DNA of 64,000 bases from the human T2T-CHM13v2.0 reference genome, Homo sapiens: contig CP086569.2 in the NCBI GenBank assembly GCA_009914755.4, positions 18,144,001 to 18,208,000 on the forward strand, in the 5' to 3' direction. Shown here in pieces: positions 1 through 16,191 of the stretch. Below the pieces are notes generated by a model. That model was not told where the DNA came from, did no database searches, and saw only the letters and a list, made by a program, of their open reading frames with translations. The first letter of the stretch is position 1. Every line of letters begins with the position of its first letter. The position numbers and the translations under genes were made by a program.

Positions 1-1097
1 GGAGCAATGAGGATATAAAACAGTATTAACAATTCTTAAACAGTATTATGATGCTAATGTCAGATATCCTATCTGTAGGAGCATTATGGATACAGATTAG
101 TTTCTAGTGCTACAGGGCTTTTAGCAACAGGGATGTGGGCCAAAGTACAGCCTGATTCATACTTAATTACAAGTGTGTTTATGTCCAGAACCTGACATGC
201 AATTCTTGTTAACCCTGTGAGGATGGTTTCTATAGTTCACAGGACCATGTATTTTGCAACATGGATACAGATGAGAAAAAAATTGAATGACTATGCAATG
301 ATCAGAGATTTCCTGATATATTTAGAAATTGTTGTATTATAGACCGAGAGCAAGCTAGCCATGGTTAATGAGCAGCCCCCAAAGACAGTTTCAGTGTCTG
401 CTTCATTGCTTCTGCAAAATTTCACCTTTAGATTGCACTCATGTCCTTGACCCTAGGAGGAACAACAGGTAAATAATGCACCTGGATAGCCCCTGAGTGA
501 TACCTCCTGCATCTGTATCAGCTCATTCTAAGAGCAGATTCTGACCTTGAAGCTACTCTGTGTCCTATCAGTTGGCTTGCTCTGCAAGCCTATTTTTGAA
601 ACTGCATTTGTAAAAATTATGACAGTGAGAGAAAGCTAATATAACTGACTCCATATTGCTTTTAATCTTACAAGTGAACTGCCTTCATTAACTTTAAAAA
701 CTTCATAAACTTTGAAAACTTTATTTTAAAGTTAAAACAAAGATGACATGATTCCTTCTCAAAACTAACCCCTTCCTTTCTTAGGGAGAGAAATAACCTT
801 TATAATACTAATGGAAAGCCACAAGGTTAGGATTATGGGGATGGGGGACCTGATTTCTGATAAGATGTAGGTGTATTTAAATCTTAACCAGCCATTGTTC
901 CCTGGTTTGCCTTTCTGTAGCATCTTACTGCCCAAGAGTCATTTAGCTGGAGGTCAAAAGATTTTTAACTTCCCCATTTGCTTCTAGAGATAGCAACATT
1001 ACTGTGAAAACCTAAGATTGGTCTTTGAGATATTTTTCAGACGTCTGCTTTCTGGCTAAATGACTGACCTGACATCAGCCAAATCTACCCAGACCCA

Positions 1098-1118
1098 TGA
1101 GTCATGACTCATGACTCA
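1098..1118. promoter_or_regulatory. Three abutting AP-1/TRE heptamers, TGAGTCA TGACTCA TGACTCA. The first two form a perfect 14-bp palindrome that resembles an NF-E2/MARE tandem site
   Basis: Read directly at 1091-1120: agacccaTGAGTCATGACTCATGACTCAac. The motif lies in non-repeat DNA. Function is not demonstrated. Confidence 0.3.
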
Positions 1119-1924
1119 ACTAGTCTTGTGGCCCTCACCCAGAGGTGGAATTGGCATACGAGGACTGTTTCCCACACCCCTGTGATTTCATCCCCAACCC
1201 ATCAGGAGTACCTATTCCCTAGCCTCTTGTTCACCAAATTATCCTTAACCTTTCTCCCATTTAGGAAAAAAAATATTACAGCTTTCTGCCAGCAATCATT
1301 TAATTTTACATGAACACACTCTTTGAGGTTGAAGCTGGCATGACTGATTTTCAACGTGAAAATAAAAGGTAAAACTGTTGTAGTTATTACTAAAGAAAAA
1401 TAATATCAAAGTTGTCTAAATCATCAGAATTGTCTATTTTGGGAAAACGGGATTCATCAAATGAACCTTTGGTCAATAAATGTTGGAGATCAATGTTAAC
1501 ATCACACATAGCAAAGATATGTCTTCTAGGATTTGATATTTTCAGCTATCAAGAATTACTGTACTTAGTAAATGGAAATACCATTACTATGAACGGAATG
1601 CTAAAAATAGAATGATGTCTTTTGTTTCCGAAGTCAATATACTACAGCGAAGCAATAATAATAATAAAAGCGAGATATTTCATGGCAAAGTTATCTCGGG
1701 GTAAATGTTGGCAGAACTGCCAGTGACTATTCTCACCACAAACAGGAAAAGGTTAAAAACCCTAGCTTCTGAGCTGCCAGAGAGGCAGATTTGAGAAATG
1801 TCTCCCATTCTTCCACTGGGCTTCCTTGCAATAATTTAACTCTTTCTGTACTACATCACTTTTTTAGTGAATTGATTTTGCGAAGCAGACAAGAAAAACC
1901 AATTGAGTAGTTACATTTTCTCTT

Positions 1925-7310
<5,386 letters not shown>

Positions 7311-7328
7311 AGAATCCTTCTCAGCCTG

Positions 7329-7631
7329 GGCTGGGCACTGTGGTTTAAGCCTGTAACACCAGCACTTTGGGAGGCCGAGACAGCAGATCACTAGGTAAGG
7401 AGTTCAAGACCAAATCAGCCTGACCAAGATGGTGAAACCCCATCTCTACTAAAAATACAAAAATTAGATGGGCATGGTGGCATATGCCTGTAGTCCCAGC
7501 TACTCAGGAGGCTGAGGCAGAAGAATCACTTGAACCTGGGAGGTGGAGGTTGCAGTGAGCCAAGATTGCAGCAGCCTGGGTGAAAAAGTAAAACTCTGTC
7601 TCAAAAAAAAAAAAAAGAAAAAGAAAAAAAG
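7329..7631 (+). mobile_element. Alu (AluS-like) with an A-rich tail, inserted exactly at the truncated 5' edge of the L1
   Basis: ggctgggcactgtggtttaagcctgtaacaccagcactttgggaggccgag ... poly-A ending near 7631. Flanking direct repeats gaatccttctcagcctg and gaattctcctaagcctg act as a target-site duplication. Confidence 0.9.
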
Positions 7632-8650
7632 GAATTCTCCTAAGCCTGTGAGTGAAAGCCTGGAATGTCTTGCTCTTTTGGCAAAATGTTTTCCTGATTT
7701 TTGACCTCTAATCCAGCCATTGACTACACCTTCTCCTGAGATTGTATGTGACTCAAATTCTTTCTGCCTCTCATTTATCTTCTGGAATTTCTGGCTACCT
7801 TGCCTGCCCACTGTTTAAGCTTCTAGACATTGATGTTTCCATTACCTGATGTAAGCTTGGGACACCTGGTTGGACCAGCTAGAGATGACAGCTAGCTGGT
7901 TTGTTCCAGCCTGTGTTCTGTATCATAAGGGCTTCTTCTCTTGCTTTGGTTTTGTTTCTCTTTTTTTGCTGTTGGTGTTGTTGGTACGAGCATAAGACTA
8001 CTACTCTTGTAAAAGAAGAGCTATAATAAAGGGGAAACATTGAACCCCAGAGAGATCAACCCACCAAGAGATGACTTTCACATCACTTGCAATATCCATC
8101 TTATTTATTGGCTCCAATAATAGCCTTCTCACTACCTTACAGGCTCAAAATGGTAAGAGATCTCCTCCTTTGATGCAAAAAGGGTTCTGTTCCTGGACTG
8201 AGTTCAGACGGTGAGTTTAAGCTCCCTCTGTCAAGGTCATATAACTTGTGTTAGAATAACTAACTTGTGTCCATCTCATAAACTGATTAAAATTTTCAAT
8301 ATGTTTAATGAGGGAGAGCTACCACTGTACCTGCGAAACATATGTTTTGTCATATGTTTTTCCCTTTATCTGAGACAGCCAACAATTTTGATCACTTTCA
8401 ATTATATTTTGTGTGCTAGCTCAGACAATCACGGGGGGCTACAAACAATTCAGGCATAGAGTGCATATGTCTGTGAAATGCTTATTTTGATCTCACTGGA
8501 TGCTCTCATTTCCTGTCTTAAGTCAAATGATTCTATGCCACGGAGGTCCAATTTGAATATTGAGAACATATTTCAGAAAAATAAAGGACAGTATTTCTAC
8601 CAGATCATTGGCCAGTATATACTGCCATACAAAGAGTGTTTTTTAAAAAA

Positions 8651-8958
8651 ATATTTATTTATTCATTTATTTTTGAAACAGAACCTTGCTCTGTTCCCAA
8701 GGCTGGAATATACTGTTGTCATCTCAGTTCACTGCAGCTTTGACTTCCCAGGCTCAAGTTATCCTACCACCTCAGACTCTTCATTAGCTGGGACTACAGG
8801 GCACCACACCCAGCTAATTTTTTAAATTATTATTTATAGCAGAGATGGGGGTCTCACTATGTTGCCTAGGCTGGTCTGGAACTCCTGAACTCAAACAGTT
8901 CTCCTACCTCGGCCTCTCAAAGTATTGGGATTTCAGAGATGAGACATTGCACCCAGCC
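8651..8958 (-). mobile_element. Alu, antisense, full length
   Basis: A T-rich start is followed by gaaacagaaccttgctctgttcccaaggctggaa ... ggtctcactatgttgcctaggctggtctggaactcctgaactcaaac ... attgcacccagcc. Confidence 0.9.
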
Positions 8959-9254
8959 AGAGATTGTTGTTTATAAATATAAAGGAAGAAGCATTTCTGA
9001 GAGAATGTTTAATGAAAACTCATTTTTTGACTTTCTAAGGATGGTCAAATCTCCATAAGCAATGTGGTACACATCTGCAGGTGTCTGATTGTTGATATTA
9101 TTGATTATAGAAAAAGTATCAATTTTGTTTATCTCAATAGCTTTTGGGGGAACAGGTCATGATCAGTAACATGAATAAGTTCTTTAGTGGTGATTTCTGA
9201 GATTTTGGTGTACCTGTCACCAAGCAGTGTACACTATACCCAATGTTTAGTCTT

Positions 9255-9488
9255 TTATCCCTCACCCCCCTCCCACCCATACATCTTACTCCCCAAAGTC
9301 AATTGCATCATTCTTGTGCTTTTGCATCCTCATAGCTTAGCTCCCACTTATAAGTGAGAATATATGATGTTTGGGTTTCCTTTCCAGAGTTACTTCATTG
9401 AGAATAAAGGTCTCCAATTCCATCCAGATAGCTGAAAATGCTATTATTTCATTCCTTTTTATCACTGAGTAGTATTTTATGGTATCTT

Positions 9489-9536
<48 letters not shown>

Positions 9537-9660
9537 CACAGTTTCTTTATCCACTTGTTGATTAATGGGCATGTTCCATATTTTTGCAGTTGTGTATTTT
9601 GCTACTATAAACATGGGTGGGTAAGGATCTGGAAAAAAAATTAATTCATTGTAGTAGAAA
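9255..9660 (-). mobile_element. L1 3'-end fragment, antisense and 5'-truncated
   Basis: ctcccacttataagtgagaatatatgatgtttgggtttcc ... ttcattcctttttatcactgagtagtattttatggt ... ccacttgttgattaatgggcatgt ... ttgctactataaacatg matches the antisense L1 3' region. Confidence 0.8.
9487..9536. repeat. (TATC)n tetranucleotide STR of about 11 units, embedded in the L1 fragment
   Basis: tatctatctatc... read directly. Confidence 0.95.
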
Positions 9661-10374
9661 GAAACACAGCATAATTCACCATATTAACCTTTTTTTAAGT
9701 ATACAGTTTAGTAGTGTTCAGTAAATTTACACTGCTGTTCAACAGATCTCCAGAATATTTTCATCTTGCAGAACTAAAACTCTGTATCTATTAAACACAG
9801 CTCCTCTCAGTCCTCTGTATCTATTAAACACAACTCCCCTGGGTCTTCTTCCCATGTGGCCTGATAAACACCATTCTGTTTTCTGTATCTATGACTACTA
9901 TTTGTTTCTTTCTATACACACATGATTTTAAGGTCCTTTCATGTTACTATGGGGATTTTTCATGATTTGCAACTTCTCTCAGTTCTTTACACATAAGGTA
10001 AAATCAATATTAACTACTTAATGTACTGTTGCTACAAAATTATGCTCTGGGACACATTAAATAATATATTTGAAAGTACTCTGGATACCAGAAAGTTACT
10101 TAGAAATATAACTAGACATTAATTCTATAGAGAAAATGAAATAAGTTTTGTCTGTCCCAAATGTGTCAAATTGATTAGAAATAGCAACAGATTAGTAGTA
10201 GAGCCTTGCAAATTTATAACTGATTCTTACTTAAGGTATTTATACTTCTGCTTTGTCCCATACGGATGTCATTAAATGACAACATACAGATTTTCTGTTG
10301 CATAAATATACTCTTGATTCTTCAGAGTTTATGACACTGTAAAAAATACTTTTTTTACAAAAAGATATCTGTAT

Positions 10375-10615
10375 ACACACACGTATATACATATATATAC
10401 ACACATACATAGATACACACATACATAGATACACATATACACAATACTTATATATGTATATATACACACATACATATATACATATATATACATATATAAT
10501 ATACATATATACGTATATATACATACACATACACACGTATACATATAGGTGTATGTATATCACAATGTATATAGGTATACGTGTGTATGTATATCAGCAA
10601 CAACATAAGAGAAAT
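10375..10615. repeat. Degenerate (CA)n/(TA)n/(CATA)n simple repeat
   Basis: acacacgtatatacatatatatacacacatacatagatacacac... The ORFs here are translations of the repeat. Confidence 0.9.
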
Positions 10616-11655
10616 GCCCTTTTAATATGGTTGCAAATGCTGCTATGTCAAAAAATATTTAAATATTTTCAAGTTGAAAAATAGAGTTCAAATCTTTGGG
10701 AGAATAGTCACCAGATTCTATCATGCTGTAAAATGGGTTATTGATACAGTTCCATATGATGCCTATATCATGAATCTATTTCTCTCTGTCTCTTCTCTTT
10801 TGCTCTTTTAATAATCTTAACATGAAATAACTTATAAAAAGATGCAGTCCTATGCATTCCTGTCATCTTCCTGTGTATGCTTCCATAATGTTCTTCTAAA
10901 TTATTTTTCTAACAGTTTTGTGCTAAAATCTGCTACAGAGATGAGCGAGGGATGCTGGCCACCCATGGAGAAAAATGAGACCTGTGTTCCAGGCTGTCAG
11001 CAGACTCCTGGAGGTTTTGCCCATGGCTGTAGTTCAACCTGTGTTCCACAAACATTTGCAATTGTCTGCACTGCTTTGGAGACATGGGCCAAATGGGTTT
11101 CCCTCCTGAATAACCAGCTTTCATCTATTTATATACTAGACATCCACAGCATTTCACTTGCAAAGGGTTCTACTGCTAAAAATAGGTAAGTAAATAAATA
11201 AATAAACCTTCTCCTGTATAATATGTGAACTTTACATAAAATATAATACAGATTAGCAATGCAAAGCATCCCTTGCACTTTTTGTGGCCATTTAATGAAC
11301 ACACATCAATTCAAGGTACCTCGTTTTATCACCCTTGGAGAGGGTGAACATCCCTGACTATGGTAATCTCAATTTATTCTGCCAACAAATATGGATTGAT
11401 GAACTTCGTATTAGAAATGGAGCAGCATTTAACCACACAGAGGCCCCTGCCCTTATGTTCACCCATTACCTCATTTCTCTGCTATAGTCCAAGTAAGATT
11501 CTAATTCCTTTCCATTAAAATCAAAACCTCTTCCTAGTATTTGTGATACATCACAAGCAACTTATTTATTAAGAGTTGCCATCATTTATTATTTTTTTTT
11601 TACTAAATTTATACAATGAACTTGTCTTTTTATGCTCCTAATTAAAAAGAGAGAA

Positions 11656-11945
11656 GGCCAGGCTTGTAATCCCAACATTTTGGGAAGCCAAGATGGAAGA
11701 GTCACTTGAGCCCAGGAGTTCAAGACTAGCCTGGGCAACATGGTGAAACCACATATGTACAAAAAATAAAAATTAAAAAATTAGCCAGTCATAGTGGTGC
11801 ACACCTGTAGTCCCAGCTGCTCCAGAGGCTGAGGTGGAAAATTGTTTGAGCCTGGGAGGCACTGGTGGAAGTGAGCTGTGATCATGTCACTGAACTCTAG
11901 CCTGGGTGACAGAGCGAGACCCTATCTCAAATAAATAAATAAATA
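11656..11945 (+). mobile_element. Alu with a small 5' internal deletion and an (AAAT)n tail. A 12-bp target-site duplication aaaaagagagaa flanks it
   Basis: ggccaggcttgtaatcccaacattttgggaagcc ... gtgagctgtgatcatgtcactgaactctagcctgggtgacagagcgagaccctatctcaaataaataaat. The target-site duplication sits at 11644-11655 and 11946-11957. Confidence 0.9.
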
Positions 11946-12044
11946 AAAAGAGAGAAAGAAGAATGAAATAACAATATAGGATCAGTAAATGCCTGAGGCC
12001 AGGCATTTTTAAAAATATGTTTTTATATCTTCAGTGCTTAGTGC

Positions 12045-12440
12045 AATATCTGGCATATTTAAGATATGTAACACAGATGCTTCTTCACTTACAATGGAGT
12101 TACATCCTAACAAACCCATCATAAGTTGAACATGCCGTAAGTCAAAAATGTCATAAGTTAAAAATGCATTGAATACAGCTAATGTACCAAGCATCATAGC
12201 CCATCTGGCCTACTTTTAATGTGCTGAGAAGACTCAGATTACCCTGTAGATGAGCAAAATCACATAACAAAAGCTTATTTTATAATAAAGTGTTGCATAC
12301 CTCTCGTAATTTATTTGACATTACACTGTAAGTGTAAAAAATACTGTGTTGGTACTCAAACTATGGTTTTTACTGAATGCATATTTCATTTTCACCATCA
12401 TAAGTCTAAAATTGTAAGTCAAACTATCACAAACTGAGGA
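12045..12440. mobile_element. Probable Tc1/mariner Tigger/MER-type DNA-transposon fragment
   Basis: Reiterated taagt(c/t)aaa and cataagttgaacatgccgtaagtcaaaaatgtcataagttaaaaatgcattgaatac motifs, ending in gtaagtcaaactatcacaaactgaggaccatctgt. This resembles the Tigger consensus stretches cgtaagtcgaa and ggaacatctgta. Recalled from memory, not aligned. Confidence 0.4.
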
Positions 12441-13123
12441 CCATCTGTGTCTGCATGTGAATGATAAATATTTAGACAGCTAAATGGTATATGAATTGGA
12501 AGATATTCCAAAATTTTATACATTTACAAAAATGTATGCAATATTATAGCAGATCTATCCAACCTGTTTCAGCAGAACTTCCATTCTTTTTGAGGTGAAA
12601 AATTAAATATTTTGGAACAGGTCACTAAAATGCATTAGAAGATCCTTTTGCAATGGGCTGTCCAACTTGAGTTTCTCATTTGTTGGATCACTTATCTCCT
12701 GAATATCACAGATACTATATTTTTATTAACATTTTTGTAGAGATGTATCAATTAATGCATTACTTAGCTTAAGTCACTAAAGTGAATGACTTAACGCTTG
12801 ATCATTCTTCTCTGGGATGAGCAGTCAATTTAGCATTTGATCATGGGTTTTCACAGTTACCTCCGCCACTTTTAAAACCACTTTATACTTCAGAGCTATC
12901 TCCTCCCTCACTGTTGCCTAGTGCCAAGGATGCAGGATTTCAATCTAAGTTACTACAAAGTGAGAAGTGATTCTGATTGACCAGAAAATGTTTATACACA
13001 ACCCCATCCTGGGAAACAATTAGACATCTTTGAGCTTAATCAGTTCATCATTCTTCCAAGTTATGGTTTTAGACTTTTCTCTAAACTCCAAAAATAAAAT
13101 TACAAATGATATTTAATTAGACA

Positions 13124-13430
13124 TTGTATTAGTCTGTTGTCATGCTGCCAATAAAGACATACCCAAGACTGGCTAATTTATAAATGAAAGTGATTTAATT
13201 TACACAGTTCCACATGGCTGGGGAAGCCTCACAACCATGGCAGAAGAGCAAGGTACATCTTACATGCTGGCAGGAAAGAGAGTGCTTGTTCAGGGGAACT
13301 CCTCTTTTTATAAAACCATCAGATCTTGTGAAACTTACTATCACAAGAACAACACAGGAAAGACCCACCTCCATGATTCAATTGCCTCCCACCAGTACCC
13401 ACCCATGACATGTGGGAATTGTGAGAGGCA
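13124..13430 (-). mobile_element. THE1/MST-type MaLR solo LTR, antisense, truncated by about 50 bp at its sense 5' end
   Basis: ttgtattagtctgttgtcatgctgccaataaagacatacccaagactggctaatttataaa ... ccatcagatcttgtgaaacttactatcacaagaacaa ... ccatgattcaattgcctcccacc is the reverse complement of the THE1 consensus. Confidence 0.85.
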
Positions 13431-15874
13431 AAACTGACAACTTATCATCTAATGTGATAGGTAAAAGCCATTCAATTCTTTTAACCAGTAACCAATAACC
13501 TCAGCTCAATTATTTTAACCAATAACCTTGAATATTTATTTTCTTATTTTGTACTAAAAAATACATGCACTACAATAATCCAAGCACATTCACCAACACA
13601 GGATGATACCACAGCTTAAATGACAAGCAACAGAGACTTCTCATAATCATACTAAAATTGCTATTGGGACTTCCTCCCAGCCACATTTATTTTGTCTTTA
13701 CAGAGAAGCTCAATAAAATGGAGGCTGCAAACTGAACCCTAAAGTAGCACTGGTCTCTCACATCAGGGCTTTTCCTAATTAACAACATTACACAAAGGAT
13801 GTTTCAAATTGCAGCAGCACATCCAAAATTAAATGTTAACTTGTCAGTGAAGATGGCTTAGGCATCTCAACAAAGTACAGTGCATATAAAAGAAGTGCCC
13901 TCTGTTCACCCAGAGCCCCTCAAGCAAAGGACTGTGTCCATCAAAGTCACTCTTCAAACTGCATTTGAGAAAAGCAACAGCAGAGCATGCAGAGATTGTC
14001 ATGTGCCACATGCTGCCTGTCTATATCTCTCTTCTTCAGAAATGGGCAGAGCCTGGTGGGAGTTGGGGTCTAGAACACTGAGCTCTGTGAACATTCTCTG
14101 TGAGGGAGAAGCCCCAATCCCAAAAGCCAACAAGAAGCAGAAAAATCACAGCTTCCATTTAAGTGGCCAAATGCACAGACAAGTCCAAGGGTTGTACACA
14201 CCATGAAAATAAAAATGGCCCATGTGTTTGTGTTAGTTGTGCAGTATTGAGCATTTCTTCACTGAAAGAGTCATTTTTTACACCATTGCCTCATCTACAT
14301 TTTGTTTGCTTGCACATGAAATTCATTGCTTTTTACCTGTTTACCAGATTCTGAGACTTCCATCTTTGTAGTTAGCACTTCCTCCATTTTTATTCTCTGA
14401 TAACTAATACTCATTCTGCAAGATTCACTTAAACATGACCTTCTCAGGTAAGCCTTTTATAAAATTCTGTCCTCCAGAGTCAGTAAAATGGCCTTCCCAA
14501 ATCATGATTTTGTAGCTCGCTATTTTACTTGCATTATAGGTATTATATACCTTACAACTGTATTATCATTGGGTTGTGTCTTGTGTCCTGACAGTTACAC
14601 AATAGGTTAATATGTGTCTTCTTCTTTTCACTCACATCTTATTTCTTGGCATTTGTGTTTCACAGGATTGTTTTGTACAATGGGACCTGAGAATACAACT
14701 ACTTAGAGATTATCCTGGGTTAAGCGGGGTCCCCTTGAAAGTTTACATGTTGAAGTCCTAAGCCTAGTCCTTGAGAATGTGACCGCATTTGTAAACAGGG
14801 TGACTGTAGATGGAATTAGTTAAAATGAGGTCGTATAGGAGTAGAATGGGCCACTATATTCCAATATGACTGGCATTCTTATAGAAGACAGAAATTTAGT
14901 CACAGACATGCACACAAGAATATCATGTGAAGATGAATGCAAAGATCAGAATGATACATTTACTAGTCAACAGACACTAAAGACTTCCAGCTAACTATCA
15001 AAATCTAAGGGAGAGGCATGGAATAGATGTGTCTCTAATAGCCTTGAGAAAGAATCAACCCTGCAGATACCTTGACCTCAAATTTCTCCAGAACAGTGAC
15101 GGAAGAAATTTCTATTGACCAAGTGACCTAGTTTGCAGTTTGTAATACTTTGTTTCAGCAGCACCATGGAGGTAATACAGACGCTTAGTTATATTGGAAA
15201 ATCGAGTCAAGGAGAATGTCCATGTCATACTCCTTATCTTTGAAATAAAATTATTACATTCTTTATTTTTTCTTTTTGTGATTTTGCTGGTTTAAAATCA
15301 GAAGAGCAAAGAATCCATTAGGGTCTAAAACTGGGAAGCCAAGCACAGGTCTTTAGTCTGTCTCTTGCTCCAAAGTGTGAGGAAGTTCTCTAACCAAGTA
15401 GGAGATGACAGGAGGTTAAATGGCCATGCCAAGTCATGATTTGGGATGAATCACTGAAAAGGAATAACATCTGATATGGTTCCCCAGACTGGTGATTCAA
15501 GAAACATATACGATTCCACCCACACCTCACTTTAAAAGAGGTCACACAGTTTTCTTCAGAATTTTCAGCTTTTAATGCTTTACCTAAGAACAAATCTATT
15601 GACAACAGATCCTGAACTACATGGTGTTAGATTTGAAGGAAAACTTTTTCTCACTTTCTCATTTTCAAGATTCAAGAAATAACAATAAAAGAATGGAGGA
15701 AGTTAAATCTACTAGGATTATCATTGAAGAGCAAAATCCCAGCTTTCGAGAAGCAGTTTCCAAAGATTTAATGAAGATTTCATTGGCTGTGGTTAGATCT
15801 TTCAATATGGTAGGAAGGAAATACCAAAAAAAAGTGTTTTGTAGATGTTTAAGTTAACTTTCAACATTTTGGTT

Positions 15875-16191
15875 CTTTTTTTTTTGACAACAGAATCTTG
15901 TTGTTTGGCAACAACAGTCTTGCTCTGTTGCCCAGGCTGGAGTACAGTGGTGTGATGATCACAGCTCATTACAGACTCAAACTCCTAGTTTCAAGCAGTA
16001 TTCCCACTCAGCCTCCAAGTAGCTGGAAACACAGCTGTGCACCACTATGCCAGCTAATTTTTTTATTTTTTTGCAGACATAGGGTCTTGCTGTGTTACCC
16101 AGACTGTTCTTGAACTCCTGGATTCAAGAAATTCTCCCATCTCAGCCTCCTAATATGCTGGTATTACAGGAGCACACCACTGCACCCAGCC
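15875..16191 (-). mobile_element. Alu, antisense
   Basis: Poly-T, then gacaacagaatcttg...gcccaggctggagtacagtggtgtgatgatcacagctcattacag ... ctgcacccagcc. Confidence 0.9.

Noticed and set aside
7632-8200. Sequence immediately beyond the Alu, considered as a continuation of the L1 5'UTR
   Set aside because: It does not match the L1PA 5'UTR antisense consensus as recalled. It is left unannotated and is possibly an older unrecognised repeat
10240-10684. ORFs of 71-107 aa rich in Y/I/C/V/M, and the Y/I/M-rich ORFs at 36637-36913
   Set aside because: These are translations of (CA)n/(TA)n and the AT-rich minisatellite, and are not coding
10842-11189. 115-aa ORF MQSYAFLSSS... and other ORFs of 100-141 aa at 8478-8825, 13880-14206, 16372-16683, 23645-23950, 33106-33426, 43159-43584 and 43566-43949
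   Set aside because: Several overlap Alu or L1 sequence (8478, 23645, 33106, 43159, 43566). The rest show no splice-site-bounded structure and no recognisable protein motif, and are of a length expected by chance. No exon can be supported from sequence alone
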